This document shows, one piece after another, positions 37,426-50,781 of a DNA stretch of 64,000 nucleotides. A program made the position numbers and the translations under genes. The notes below the pieces were generated by a model. It made no database searches. It saw only the letters and a list, made by a program, of their open reading frames with translations, and had not been told where the DNA came from. Within the stretch, counting starts at the first letter, position 1, and each line of letters starts with the position of its first letter. The stretch spans positions 73,346,001 to 73,410,000 of the forward strand of contig OZ024745.1 in NCBI GenBank assembly GCA_964016885.1, given 5' to 3'. This DNA is from Eledone cirrhosa. Lineage: Eukaryota.

Positions 37426-40400
37426 CTACAGGCTGATATAGAGAGAAGGCCCATTCACTCGGGCCATTCTCGCCACTTTCACCCACCTTTCATAAAACTT
37501 GCTGGGGTACAGCACCTCTCTCTGCATCCTGATTCTTCTTCCAAAGTGGTATTTGAAAATAAGAATCAGTTGTTGGCCGGAGAGAAAATGTCTGACCTCA
37601 GCCCTTTCAACCTTGTCCACCATACAACCTCTTTCGCCATAGCTATCACACAAAGGAAAACCGCCTCTCCTTCCTTTTTGAAGGAGGGTGGCGGTTTGAT
37701 CATGACAATGGACTTGGTGGTCAACTGGATTGGTCCCACCCGCGACAATAGTCGTTCCACATAGCCCCACAGGTCGGTGACGCCCGGGCAGTGTATGAAT
37801 GCGTGCGCGACGGTTTCTTCGTCTCGCACGCACCTCGGACAGATCTTTTTGCAGGGTCCCTGCCCGGGCGCCCATGTCTGTAGAGCTTGTCTCGAACTGG
37901 TAGAGCTCCTCGGTAGCACTGCCAGGCCAGGGACTTTTGGAAGTGGTCCATCGGTCCCGGGCGGAAGGTCCTACTGAACAGACTGGCCAGTTCGTCTTCT
38001 TCTACGCCCAGAGTTTCACCGAACACGTCGTCGCACTTGCTGCGGATCAACCCTCTATAGAATGACGAAGTGGAGTCTCCACTGATCGCCGGGTCCGCCT
38101 GCCAGAGGGCTGTGAGCGCCTGAGCACATTCGATGTGCAAGTCGCCCATTTTCCTCGGTCTTTGCTTGACCCAGGACTGCAGCTCGGTCAGCGAGACGAG
38201 TCGTGGGAAGGCTCGCCTCACGAACGGGGCTCACACCGGTTGTCCAGTGAGGAATACGTAGAGAAGCTGCAGCCTGAGCGCGTGTTTGCGCATCGTCAGC
38301 CACGGCATCCCCATCCCTCCGTTGGAAGGGCGTTGGCAGCAGATGGATCTTCTCACCAAAGGAGCCTGCCTCTTCCAAAGGAATTGAAAGAGCGCGCGCT
38401 CCATTTTGGCGAGCGTTTTGGTGGACAAGGCACGACGGTCAAGCGGTAGTAGAAGGCGGACGCTATAAAAGTGTTCGCCACCTCCGCTCGATCTTTCAAT
38501 GATAGTTTGCACTCGGCCCACTTCTGGGTGAGTGCAAACACCTTGACCGACACCTCGTTCCAGTTCTTCTCCACCTGGAGGTCCGGACCAAACCAGACCC
38601 CGAGCAGCTTTACTGGTCCTTCCGTCCAGCCTTGGAAGTGGTCCATCGGAATGCATTGGTTTGCCTCTCCACGATCCGAGTTACAAAACGATGGACTTGT
38701 CCCGGTTCAGCTTCGCTCTTGTGAACCTTTCGTATTCCTTCAGTAAGGTGCCGACCTCCTCGATTTACGAGGCGCTCGACACCATTACTGTCACGTCGTC
38801 GGCGTAGGCCGACGCCGCTTTCCGCAGTCCCGGTTCCAACTTCCTTAGTAGTGGCTCGAGAGTCAATACGTACAGAAGGGAGGAGAGAGGGCATCCCTGT
38901 CGAATGGATCGCGTAGCCGTTCACCTTAACCCTTGAGCAGATGTTGCTGTTATGCATTGCAGCAATCCAGCCCTTGAACACGGGTCCGAAGCCTGCCGCC
39001 TCGAGCACCGCAACCAGGTAACGATGGTCAACCCTATCGAAAGCCTTAGACTGATACAAGTTGATCAGGGCCCCACCGAAGCCGGGTTTACACCCTACCC
39101 TCTCTATGATGTATCGCATGACGTGGAGGTTGTCGTGTATGGACCTGGTCGGGATTGTGCATGTCTGCGCTTCTCCCACCAGGTTCTCGACGACAAGCGC
39201 CAGCCTCTTTGCCAACACCTTGGCCAAAATCTGTAACTGTGTTTAGCAGAGTTATGGGCCGGAAGTTGCCTATGTCATCCCCCTTATTCTCGTCCTTCCT
39301 GACAAGTGTGACTACGCCCCCGGTCACAGAACTGGGAATTCTCCTGTTCTGTTGCCAGTTGCAGTAGACCGCTTCCAGGAGACCGGAGAATAAGTCCGGC
39401 ATTGCTACGTAAAATTCGTAGGGTAGACCGTCGAGACCTGGAGATTTGCGTTTGCCGCATTGGCTCAACGCGTCCCCTATCTCAGCGGCTGAAATCGGCT
39501 TTTCGCAGAACCTTGCCTCGCTGTCCGAGAGTCGTGGTAGGCCGTCGAGGTATGGACTAAAATCCATAGCCCCTCCCGGCGCGCCGCCCTGCCCGAACAG
39601 CTGAGCAAAGTGCCGCTGAAAGGCCGCACACATCTGCTTCGGCTCACGTATCACGCGTCCGTTTTGGTCCTTCAAAGACCGAATCGTGGACTTGTTGCCA
39701 CTTTTTGCCTCCGTCACTCGGGCCCAGCTAACAGCTTTGGCTCCCTCGTTTCCCAGAGCACGTATTTTGCTTCTGACAACGCAGTCCTCATGCTTTGCGT
39801 CGAAGAACTGGCCCAAGGCCGTTCTCGTTGCTAGCACGCTGGCTACGTTGCCACTTATAATTGCCTCTTCTACTTTATCTACCAATTCTTTCTCCGTTCT
39901 ATTTCTATCTAACGTTAATTCTTTACTAAAAACTAACGAGTCTAATCTAACTGCCCTCTTGCGAGAGTACCACCATCTGTTGTTGACAATGGCCCCTGTC
40001 AAGTGCTGTTTAACTAAAGTGCTAATCCGTCTACTGTAGGCTTTGCATGTCGGTAACGACAAGTTCAGCTTCCAGTAGCCGGGTCCTTGTCTATGGGTTC
40101 TATCAAGGTTGACCATGCAGGTTACTAGTTTGTGATCTGAATAGGCAACCATGAACATTTGTGGACAGCTTAACATGTCCCTATCTTTATTTCTAACTAG
40201 AACCCTATCTAGGTACGATCTAGATGTTCCGCTGCGATTAGTCCACGCCCACAGTGGCACAGTCGGAAAATCTAGTCGATATCTATCGGCCAGGTCAAAT
40301 CGGCCGATTAACTGTTTGATGATGTTACACCCCCCTTTATCGGGACATGCTCCCACATAGTCCCAACGTGCATCTAGGAATCCATTCCAGTCCCCCACTA

Positions 40401-40812
40401 AAAGCAAGGAGCGGGACGTTCCCAGAAAAGCCTCTAGACGTTTGAAGAAGTCTGGCCGCGGTGTCCCGGATGGGGCATATGCGGCCACCAGCCTGAAGGC
40501 TCCACCTTCACTACCGTCAACGTCTAGGACCACCAGTCGACCCTCCGGGTCCAGATGTACCGTCTGTGTTACGAGGCCCAGGTGTTTCCGTAGCAAAACG
40601 GCAACCCCGTCCCCATCCCCCGGCTGACAGAGAGATGCGTAGATCTCAAAGTCATCGAAGATGGGGGCCAGCTGTCGCTCGCTGTGGATCCTGGACTCGT
40701 AAATGGCTACTACATCCATACTGTGCGACCTGAGGTCGTTTAAGAGTTTGCCCTGTTTCCAGGGCATCCCCAGGCCGCGTACATTCACACACCCAACTCT
40801 TATATTGGCCAT
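37426..40812 (-). pseudogene. ORF2: APE endonuclease - RT - zinc-binding domain, several frameshifts
   Basis: MANIRVGCVNVRGL, LLVGDWN, SYLDRVL, SDHKLV, KSPGLDGLPYEFY, NFRPITLLN, KAFDRVDH, YADD (~38795-38806), CPRCVRDEETVAHAFIHC. Confidence 0.93.
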
Positions 40813-40849
40813 GTTGGTTCTGAAAAGTTCAAAGAGGAGAAGAAAACAC

Positions 40850-41642
40850 TCACCTCTTCGTCTCCCGGGTATCAGGCCGCACGGTTTCCATGGGGGTGTT
40901 AGAGGAGTTGTCTGGGTGGGTGGTGGTTTCCGGCAGGGTGGGGACGGAGATGTTTGGTGGGGTGGGGGTGTCTGGGGTGACTGTGTCTGGGGTGAGGGTG
41001 GGGAAACTTTTTTAAAGGACCCGGTTAATGGGTTTAACACAAGGATTACCCACGTCCTTAGGAAAGTTTTCCTTTAAAGACTTATAACTGTCCGCAGGGA
41101 CCCTAATCATCTTTAAATTAGGTTTGTCTACACAGTTCGAAAAAGTTTTCCCTTCGGTGAAAACCGAAGGGTCGTTGGAGATGACCTCCATTAAACTTTT
41201 GTTTTTACTGTTTATGTATGTGTAATGTTCTTGTTGTGTTGCGGTGGTTTTTGTCTGTTGTTCTTGTGGGAGCTTTCGTTTTGTCGTAGGTGTTTGTGTT
41301 TGGAGTGATGTCGTGGTTTTGTTTTCGGGACGGGGGGGGTTTTGTTTGTAATGTTTGTGTTGTTTGTGTTGGTGGTTGTATGTTTGTAGTGATGTTTTTT
41401 GTTTATTTTGTTCTTGTGGTGTCTTTTCTTCTTTCTTTTCGAACGGAGAGGCTCTCCCTCATCATCACTTGGTGATGATGTGGGGGCCTCGTCCGTTGTG
41501 GTCTCCGTGTTATTTGGAAGGGGGTATGTTTTGGGGAGCTGTTGTGTTTGTGGGTGTTTTTGCAGTGGTTTTAGGTGGAGTGGGGTTGGGTGGGACTGTA
41601 CTTGCAGGTTGGTTTGTTGTTCTTGTTTTGGTTGTGTTTGCG

Positions 41643-41709
<67 letters not shown>

Positions 41710-42672
41710 GGTGTTGTTGTTGTTGTTGTTGTTGTGGTTGTGTTGTTGTTTTGGGTGTTGGCAGTAGTGGCTCTTTTTTTTATTTAGTTAACTGAGGACA
41801 ACAAGCCTTCAGGTGACCACTGCTTAAACAGTGGTAACATGAAGGCCGCCTACCCTCAACAGAAATGTTTATGTGTGAAATTCCATCCAGAGGCACACGT
41901 TGGGGTATTTTAGCTATCCGTTCTGGCCTCATTTGGACCAGAACTTCTATGCTTGTACCATTGAATGCGCCTCTGGAGGACTTTCCCACCGAAATGATGG
42001 TGTCTTCGTCGAAATCGATAGAGCCAGTTAGAATCCACCAGACGTTTACATTTGGTGCAATGTTCAAAATTTTTATTTTTTGAGTTCTTTTTCCCATATA
42101 TGTGGGGGAAAAGGTGTAAAGAAGAGGGGGGGGGACACAATCGGTGATACAGAATATTTTTGTGCTGTCAATTGGTCTTTCAACAACACCGAAATGCTTC
42201 CAAAAAGTTTCCCTTTTTGGATGAAGGCAATATCCTTCATGGAATTCTTCAGAACCAGTTCAATATCGTTTTGGGATAACTGAACTGGTTTTTTCGACAC
42301 ATTTGAAACCGTCCTAAAAATTACTGTTTTTAGAACAGTTTCTCTGCGTAACTGTTGAGGAGAAGTGATGCTGAAAGCACCACTCTCACCAAAAGTTACG
42401 TACTGTTTTCCATCGCTTAACATTTCCCTAGCATTGGAAATGTCAAGGTATGTGAACAGTTCCGTCTTTTGGACGGTTTGAGCAAAATAAATCTTTTCCT
42501 TGTTCGTGGAGTTGTTCGTGTTGCTGCTGTTGTTGTTGGTGGTGTTGTTGTTATCATTGTTGCTGTTGTTCTTGTTGTCATTATTGTTGTTGTTGCTCTG
42601 GTTGGTGTTGTTTATATTTTGCATGTTATTGGTGTTTGTTTTAGTGTTGATGTTACAATCAACGTCCGACAT
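40850..42672 (-). pseudogene. ORF1 of copy A, with frameshifts, CCHC knuckle, poly-N and poly-Q tracts
   Basis: VEGRRPSCYHCLSSGHLKACC; (CAA)n at ~41643-41750; frameshifts near homopolymer runs at ~42100 and ~41775. Confidence 0.8.
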
Positions 42673-43003
42673 CGTGTTTTCAAAACTGACGATGAGGTGG
42701 TGAGAGTAGGTGAATGCGAGCTTAACACTCTTACCGCCTCTCCACCACTTCTAGTTATGAACGCAGCGTTCATGACTGAATGCAAGGTTTGTTAACAATA
42801 TTTTTTATGACCGGCGAAATTTGTTTCAAAACGAAAATTTCACCCCAGGGAGGGGTGAAGATGACTTGACCCACCGTCTGAAAGTCCAGACGTGGGGTCA
42901 AGCTATAAAATAGTAATAAATTTAACAATAAATTTTTGATTTCTTACTTAGAAAATCAACAAAAACTTACCAGCGAACTGGCACACGTCTCAAGTAAAAC
43001 CAG

Positions 43004-43086
<83 letters not shown>
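43004..43086. repeat. (GATA)n microsatellite
   Basis: About 20 perfect units. Confidence 0.98.
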
Positions 43087-43087
<1 letters not shown>

Positions 43088-43792
43088 TATGAATACAATA
43101 TAAGATATAAATCAAGTGAAAGACCTTTATTCAGCTAGCACTGAATAAGCTTAGAGTAGAGATGAAGAAGCTTCCATTGCTTATCTAGTTTCGTTGTATT
43201 TTACATAGAATGACAATCAAACTAAAGTGAATTGATTGGTAGTGAGGTGAGGAATAGTTGTGTTTAGAAGGAAGTGCTAGAGGCCAAAATAGCTGGAGTA
43301 ACTAAATGACTGTAAATGTCGGAAAAATTCTTTAAGGAAATACAAGAACGATTGAGCCGTGTTTGAATCCACTAGATGGAGACACAAACACTCGTATACC
43401 CATACAAACAGTTACATACACATACCCATGGATGCTGACAGTTACACACACAAATACATGAATCTGCAAGATCAATAAGTACACACTCACACATACGTAC
43501 GCATTTGCAGCAAACACGAATACACTACTTGAATAAGCGCGCGTACACACACGCAACACATACATGAACATATATATAAATATGTATAAATAAATACATA
43601 ACAATAAGAGCATGAATACACATGAATACACATTTTCGACTATAGCATCTATTAAACGTTCCCATTCATTATCAATTACGTTATAGTAGCCAGACGAGTA
43701 TGTGGTCGAATCTGAAACTTGGCTGCTATTTCTGACATTGTGAATGACCACGTAGTTGTCCTCTCATTTTCTCGAATCAGAGTGTTAATAAC

Positions 43793-44322
43793 AATAATTG
43801 TTTCTACTTTTGGCACAAGGCCAGCAATTACCGAGTGCATTACTGGTACTTTGTGTTATCGACCCCGTAAGGATGAAAGGCAAAGTTAACCTCTGTGGGA
43901 TTTGAACTCAGAATGGCAAGGGCTGCAACTCTATGCGTTAAAGCATGGCGTCTGACCCTCTACCGGTACTGCCAATCCACTAATAATGCTTCTACTTTTG
44001 GCACAAGGCCAGCAATTATCCCAGTGCATTTTATCGACCCCGTAAGGATGAAAGGCAAAGTTAACCTCTGCGGGATTTGAACTCGGAACGTAAAGTGCCA
44101 TAACTCTATGGTGCAAAGCATGGTGTCTGACGCTCTACTGATACTGCCAAATGGTTTCTAATATAAGCACAAAGCCAGCAATTTGGGGAAAGGGAATGTC
44201 GATTAAATCGACCCCAGTGCATTACTGGTCTTTATTTCATCGACTCCGTAAGGATGAAAGGCAAAGCTAACCTCGGCTGGATTTAAACTCAGACCGTAAA
44301 GAGCCGTAACTCTATACTGCAA
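43793..44322 (-). mobile_element. Three head-to-tail SINE family 1 copies
   Basis: 43793-43980, 43981-44152 and 44153-44322. Confidence 0.88.
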
Positions 44323-44934
44323 TAGATAAAATAGAAAAAAAAAAGATAAAAATAGAAAAATAAAGAGGAAAGAGAGGAAGAAGAGGAAGAAACGGAAAAA
44401 CAATTGAGAAAAAAAACAAAAAAAAGAACGTACGTATTTCAATCAGCCATTTTGGAAATATATATTTATGTTTATGGGGGATGCCTGTTAGTCAAAAGGT
44501 CCAATAGTTACAAGACTCAATAGACAGATGGTCTGATACCGCGATATAAGCAATTATTGGAAATTGCTTACATTCTGCAATTGCTATCCCAAAATCCGTC
44601 AGGTGCTTGTTCCCTAACTTTTATTGCCCTTTGAGGTGATGAATTAGCGATTCCAGTCGTCTCCATTTTCATTTTCGGATGTCTTCTGTCAGCAGTGTAA
44701 ACTTGAAACTCTAGATTGACTTGTGAAACCTTCTGGTGGTGGTGAAATGTTCAGGGTGACCGATGTTTAGCATCCACAGTCTAGTTACTTCCCGAATGAA
44801 AGCTACAAAAGACAAGTAAGTATACATTTAATGATTCATGTCTGGATAAATAAAAGTGGTGCAACAAATACCATTAAATACGTATAAATAACATTCATTA
44901 AATTAGGAAGAACAATGCCCCATAAAAATATTGA

Positions 44935-45148
44935 TTTCTAATTTAGACTAAAGACCAGTAAATATGGTGGAAGGGAAAATTTGATTATATTAACCACAGT
45001 ACTTGACTGGAACTTTATTTTATCAACTCCTGAAGGATGGAAACAAAATTGATCTCGGCAGGATTTGTACTCAGAGTGTTAAGAGCCAGAATAAATACCG
45101 CAATGGCATTTTATCCGACGCTCTATCAATTCTGCTAATCCACCACCC
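44935..45148 (-). mobile_element. Older SINE copy
   Basis: Diverged head, core and tail. Confidence 0.7.
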
Positions 45149-45229
45149 TAACATCGGAAGATTATTAAATTGATTTACATTCCATATGTGAGCATTTCTG
45201 TTGTGCACATTCTTCATCAGTGGTAGGTA

Positions 45230-45350
45230 CTCTCAGGTTTCCAATAATCGTCACCCAACCCCGCTTATTAATTTTTCAGATTTTTTCCCTCCAATGCTCT
45301 TATTCCAACTTCCCTGTTTATTACACCTCCCATTATTTGGGACATGAGAG
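45230..45350. mobile_element. Short diverged CTCTC-TIR MITE
   Basis: ta-ctctcaggtttccaataat...attatttgggacatgagag; similar to the left end of 23098. Confidence 0.6.
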
Positions 45351-45746
45351 AAACTGCCATTAAAGTAGTTTCTGTTAAAGTTTTGCAGCTTTGGAAATTG
45401 TGAAATGATCTCGCTGAAGTTCAGCCCAGTATTAGTGGAAGCTTTCTCTCACAACAACCAATCATAAATAACCACGAGAAAAAGCAAAAACACATGCAGA
45501 CCTGTCAATTCTTCCCGTCGGACAGGGAGATCTCCCATCCACTTTGTGGTGGGTGAGAGATGTCTTCTCTTGTGAAAATGGGTATAGCTTTCATTATGTA
45601 AAATCTCCTTATTTTACCTTATTTCTCTCCGTTTTGGGGTACTTTTTTCGTGGTACTCCCCGTTGAGGTTTTTAGAGGTTGGCAGGTCTGCATCTGATAC
45701 ATTTTGAAGTGTCTTTAATATGTTCCAGACAGTCCACCTCCACATA

Positions 45747-46012
45747 GATAAATGGAAAAAATGAAATTTCATTTCTCACTCTTAGTACGGCTGATACTTA
45801 AATATAAGTATGTATACGTTTGTTTACAAACAAACCGAGCATTATAATAAATGTTCGGTAAACCCATACGTACATATATATATGTGTGCATGTATGTATG
45901 TATATACATACTACTGTACGTCTGTATACATATATGTATGTGCGTATACATACTTATATTTAAGTATCAGCCGTACTAAGAGTGAGAAATGAAATTTCAT
46001 TTTTTCCATTTA
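45747..46012. repeat. ~70-bp inverted repeats enclosing part of the 57905-58323 element, ending at (TA)n
   Basis: 45747-45817 is the reverse complement of ~45943-46012. The spacer matches ~57925-58076 in reverse. Confidence 0.85.
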
Positions 46013-46765
46013 TATATATATATATGGCGTTGTTGAAAAGAGCAGTGGCCTGCAATAAAACTGGAGACAAAATTTTTCTGTACCAAAAAACAAGGTACAC
46101 ACAGACACACAAACAAGTTTGTTTGTGGGTGTGTGTCTCTGTGTCAGTGTGCGCGCGCGCGCGTGTATGTGTGTGTGTGTGTGCATCTATCTATGTATAT
46201 ATATATAAGGGATACAGATATTGTTTGCTCTGTCACTAAGCATCTTAATTCATTCGTTGCAACTAAGTTTGTGATCGAGGCACTTTATTTTACAAGGTAC
46301 TATTTTCCCCTTGAGTTTGTGATTCAAGAGAAAGGTAAGAAATTCTTCATATTTTGCATCTTTTGTATTTTGACTTTACAGTTTGAATTGTAGAATTGTC
46401 TATCCACTCAAAATATTACATCAGCTAACAGTGAAATGTAGAATTTTAAAAAAAAAGCTTTTTCGACTGAGATCAAATCTTTGAGAACATTCTGAAATAG
46501 CTTGCTTTTGTTTTGGACTGAAACCTTTTTGTATTTAATTCGTACGAGTATTTTTTAAAGATTTTTTTAAGATTCTAACAGAACTTGATTTGGCCCAGTA
46601 ATCTACTGATATCAAAATCAGTAGTATATTGAAAATTGGAAAAATAGGGTAGGGGGGGGGGTGTTTCGTGATTTCGAGGGGCGTTTGGCCAAAATGGGTT
46701 GAGAACCTTTGCCGTATATAAATACGGCATCTCTACGACTCCTTCGGTAGTTACAAAACCATGCC

Positions 46766-46797
<32 letters not shown>

Positions 46798-46857
46798 AGA
46801 ATGACCAAGTATATATTCTATTCAACAGACTTCGATTGTACTATATAAAATTTGTCA

Positions 46858-47560
46858 GGGCTGTGGATTTGCAGGACCGGTAGAAAGTCGGGCAACATGC
46901 TTTGCAGCATATAGTTACGTTCCTTTATGTCCTGAGTTCAGATCCAGCTGAGGTTAGCTTTGCCTTTCATCCTTAGGGAGTCGATAAAAGAAAGTACTAG
47001 TAACACACTAAACCATTATATAAGCTTTGTAATAAAAAAAAAAAAAGAAAACGAATGAGGAAAAATAGCGCAAGGGAAAGGGGGGAGTGATAGATTCTAA
47101 ATCCCATCAATTATAATTGTTTCTACTTTTGGCACAAGGCCAGCAATTATTCCAGTGTATTACTGGTACTTTATTTTATCGACCCGTTCCCATCAATTAT
47201 AATAATAGCGAATGTGTGTATTTTTATTTATATATATATATATATGTCCATCACGCACTAAAATGGAGATTAAGGAAGGGGTGGAGTCAAACTATAGAAA
47301 ACAGCGACCAGCGTTCTCAGATTCGCTACACTTGTGTGAGTATATGTAGCGAATTGGCTACACACATTGGCTGTGGATTGGTAGTATCGGTAGAGAGTCG
47401 GACACCATGCTTTGAAGCATAGAGTTACGTCCCTTTATGATCTGAGTTCAAATCCCGCCGAGGTTAACTTTGCCTTTCATCCTTACGGGGTCGATAAAAT
47501 AAAGTACCAGTAATGTACTGGGTAATTGATGGCCTTGTGCCAAAAATAGAAACAATTATT
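46858..47560. mobile_element. SINE family 1 copies: 46858-47008(+), 47117-47186(-, 5'-truncated, TSD tcccatcaattataat) and 47369-47560(+)
   Basis: Shared motifs; 16-bp direct repeat around the truncated copy. Confidence 0.85.
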
Positions 47561-47824
47561 GTGTTAGAGTTTCTGTTTATATCACTTCTGTGAGTGTATG
47601 TGTGTTTGTGTGAATATATTTATACTTGTGTGAGTGTATGGATACTTCTGTGTTTATATTTGTATACTCATACATATAAATCTATACATATACACACCAA
47701 GATATTATCTTAGTTATCTATGTTAGTTGCGGATAGTTTTTCCACATAAAAAGTTTGTAATAAAAGAATCATTAAACTAAAAATATGATGTTGTACCCTT
47801 TATATACATAAAATACTGCAATTA

Positions 47825-47857
47825 GCCGTCACTTTTGACGGCACGGGGCCTGCTAGT
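47825..47857 (+). mobile_element. Helitron-like 3' terminus
   Basis: GC-rich hairpin gccgtca-cttt-tgacggc, 10 nt upstream of CTAG|T. Confidence 0.55.
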
Positions 47858-47966
47858 ACGAGAATATTTATTGGAGTAGGAAAGTAGAATTCTCTTGAGA
47901 ATTCAGAAACGCCAATTGCTTGAAAAACATTAGTTTAGTATTTAATGCATGGGCCATTAAAATGCA

Positions 47967-48014
<48 letters not shown>

Positions 48015-48637
48015 CGTGTCTGTGTGTGTACACACACACATTCTTGTATATTTACAATTATATTAACTAATACCGTTCGTTTGTTTTCTTTTTCTCGCTA
48101 AATATTATTGTTAGTTGATATCCATGCATTAATAAATATTTTGAACACTAACGTACGAATAGTTATGGGAGGATAACGACATGTTGCAGTCTGTTATACT
48201 ATTGCAGATTCCTAAAACTATTTATATTGACAGAAAAAATTGAATTTTTGAAATGTCTAGCCAGTTTGTTAACAATATTCTATATTATGATAGACAAGTG
48301 TCAAGTAATGTAATTATTTACATTTCATTTTATTTTTTTATCTAATTCATTTATGTATTTTATTTTATTTTTACATTTTCAAAGAATTTCTGTTACCAAT
48401 TAACAGTCTTCATTTGCACAATACATACAAGTGAAGTACCTCTATGTGATCGCTCGATCTGTTAAAAACAGCATTGAAATCTCCCTCGAATAACACCATG
48501 ACTGTTTTCCAAACGAAACGAAATATCATACAAAGTAGTCACAACTATAAAAAAGACAAGATCGTCACTGATGGAAAAACTTTTAGTCAACGTTCCGCTT
48601 GATCATAGCTAAATTAATTTAAAGTAGACGTTGTGTA

Positions 48638-48980
48638 GGCGTCGGATTGGCAGAGTCATTAGAACGTCGGATAGAATGCCTTGTGGTATTTGTTGCAGCT
48701 CTCGGCTCTCTAAATTTAAATCCAGCCGAGGTTAAATTTGCCTTTCATCCTTTCAAGGTCAATAAATAGTACCATTCTAGTACTGGCGGTCGATTCTTCC
48801 TCTCTATCTCATTCTCACTTCTGTTCTCTCTCATTCTCTATCCGCCCCTAAAAGAAATCTGCTGTATTCAGATTTGAAAAGGATTGGACTCCACCAGGTT
48901 TTAAAAATTCCCTAGAAACGACATATATCGATATGGCGCTCCTACCACTTCCTCAGGAGTTACGGGACCATGCATACTTA
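48638..48980 (+). mobile_element. SINE family 2
   Basis: Head and core plus the tail shared with 9624-9952. Confidence 0.72.
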
Positions 48981-49303
48981 TATTAGTAAGGGACCATACC
49001 ATACCATACGTTGTACTCAGCTTTTCTAGTACTGTGCAATACTATCTACATTTAAATCTCGATTTAATTTATTATCCATTTCGAAAACAACTTGAAGACA
49101 AACAATTCTAGAAAAATATGATTTACGTGACAAAGCAAAGCAATTATTTTCGCCTTAAATATTTGTCAGTATCTTTCTATACGATAATTACTTTAATTAA
49201 TATATTTTATTTTATTTTTTATATTTACATAAGCACGAATCTAGACAGGTTCATACAATAACTATTGATTAATCCGAGATTGTGTGTATATGTGTGCGTG
49301 TAT

Positions 49304-49357
<54 letters not shown>

Positions 49358-49446
49358 ATACAGAGGGCAATAAATGTTATATATTCATATATACACTCAG
49401 ATATGCTCAAAACCACCAACTCACACGCTTACATATCGTTCATATT

Positions 49447-49716
<270 letters not shown>

Positions 49717-50450
49717 AGAGAGAGAGAGGTGGGGGGATAAACCTGCGATAGACTGGCGTCCTATCCAAGCAAGAAGTAGTAGTCTTGTACTTTCAGTTAC
49801 TGAAATATAACTCAGGAGTGATGTGCCCGCGAGCTCGAAAAGATATATATATATATATATATATATATAGTATATTGGTGTATAATATTCAGTTACTGAT
49901 GGTTCCCTTTCTTTCATTCTTTCTCTCCCTCTTCGCTTTTCCCTTCCTCTTACTGATTCTTTTCATCCTTTCCCCATTTTCTTCCTTTCTCCCACCCGTC
50001 GCTTTTACACGTTACTTCCGCTTACAGAGCCATTGTTTTTGCCTTTCTTACAATGACCTGAGGCCGAGTGGTTGCACTTTATTTCTCTCTCCCTCTCTAA
50101 CCTGTCTGTCTCTCTATCTAAAGTATTCGTTCCTCACACAAAGGTTATACCAACAGAGATATTTATTTATTCGTTGTTATGAGCCGTCTATTTTACATGG
50201 TCCTTTTATTTAAATCGTCGAAACCACGGGCGTTTTTTAAGCTGATGAGAATATTTAAATGTTTGTGTGATCTCCTCTCGTCCATTTTATTCCGTTTCAT
50301 CTTTCATCGTATCACTTTTGCGAGCCAACACATTTCTAGCCGCTGATTTCTCTCCTTTGAGGTAAATTTTAGCCGACACCGTCATAGACGACATTTTTCT
50401 ATTTTAACAGCTTCCTTGCGCTGAGTTTTTTTCCATTACTCTACGAATAA

Positions 50451-50535
<85 letters not shown>

Positions 50536-50740
50536 AGTTATATTTAATTTGTTGGGTTACAACAACGAAATATTTTTATAACTGATATAAAGCACTCAAC
50601 AAATTTTTGGAGTAAAAATACAATATATTAACAAATGGAAACTATATTTATAAAACCATATTCATTTCATTATACATATACATATCCTTGAAATATGTAT
50701 AATGAAATAAATATGGTTTTATAAATATAGTTTCCATTTG

Positions 50741-50748
<8 letters not shown>
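50536..50748 (-). mobile_element. Family X fold-back, copy 1 (truncated inside the hammerhead)
   Basis: Homologous to 51885-52043 and 62483-62641. Arms ~50623-50678 / ~50693-50748; long arm on the left. Confidence 0.85.

Positions 50749-50781
<33 letters not shown>

Larger units (their letters stand above)
37187..43000 (-). mobile_element. Tx1/L1-clade LINE, copy A, near full-length (~5.8 kb) but frameshifted
   Basis: 5' UTR, ORF1, ORF2 and a 3' end aataaagaaa. (GATA)n at 43004-43086 and at ~37170-37186. Confidence 0.92.
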
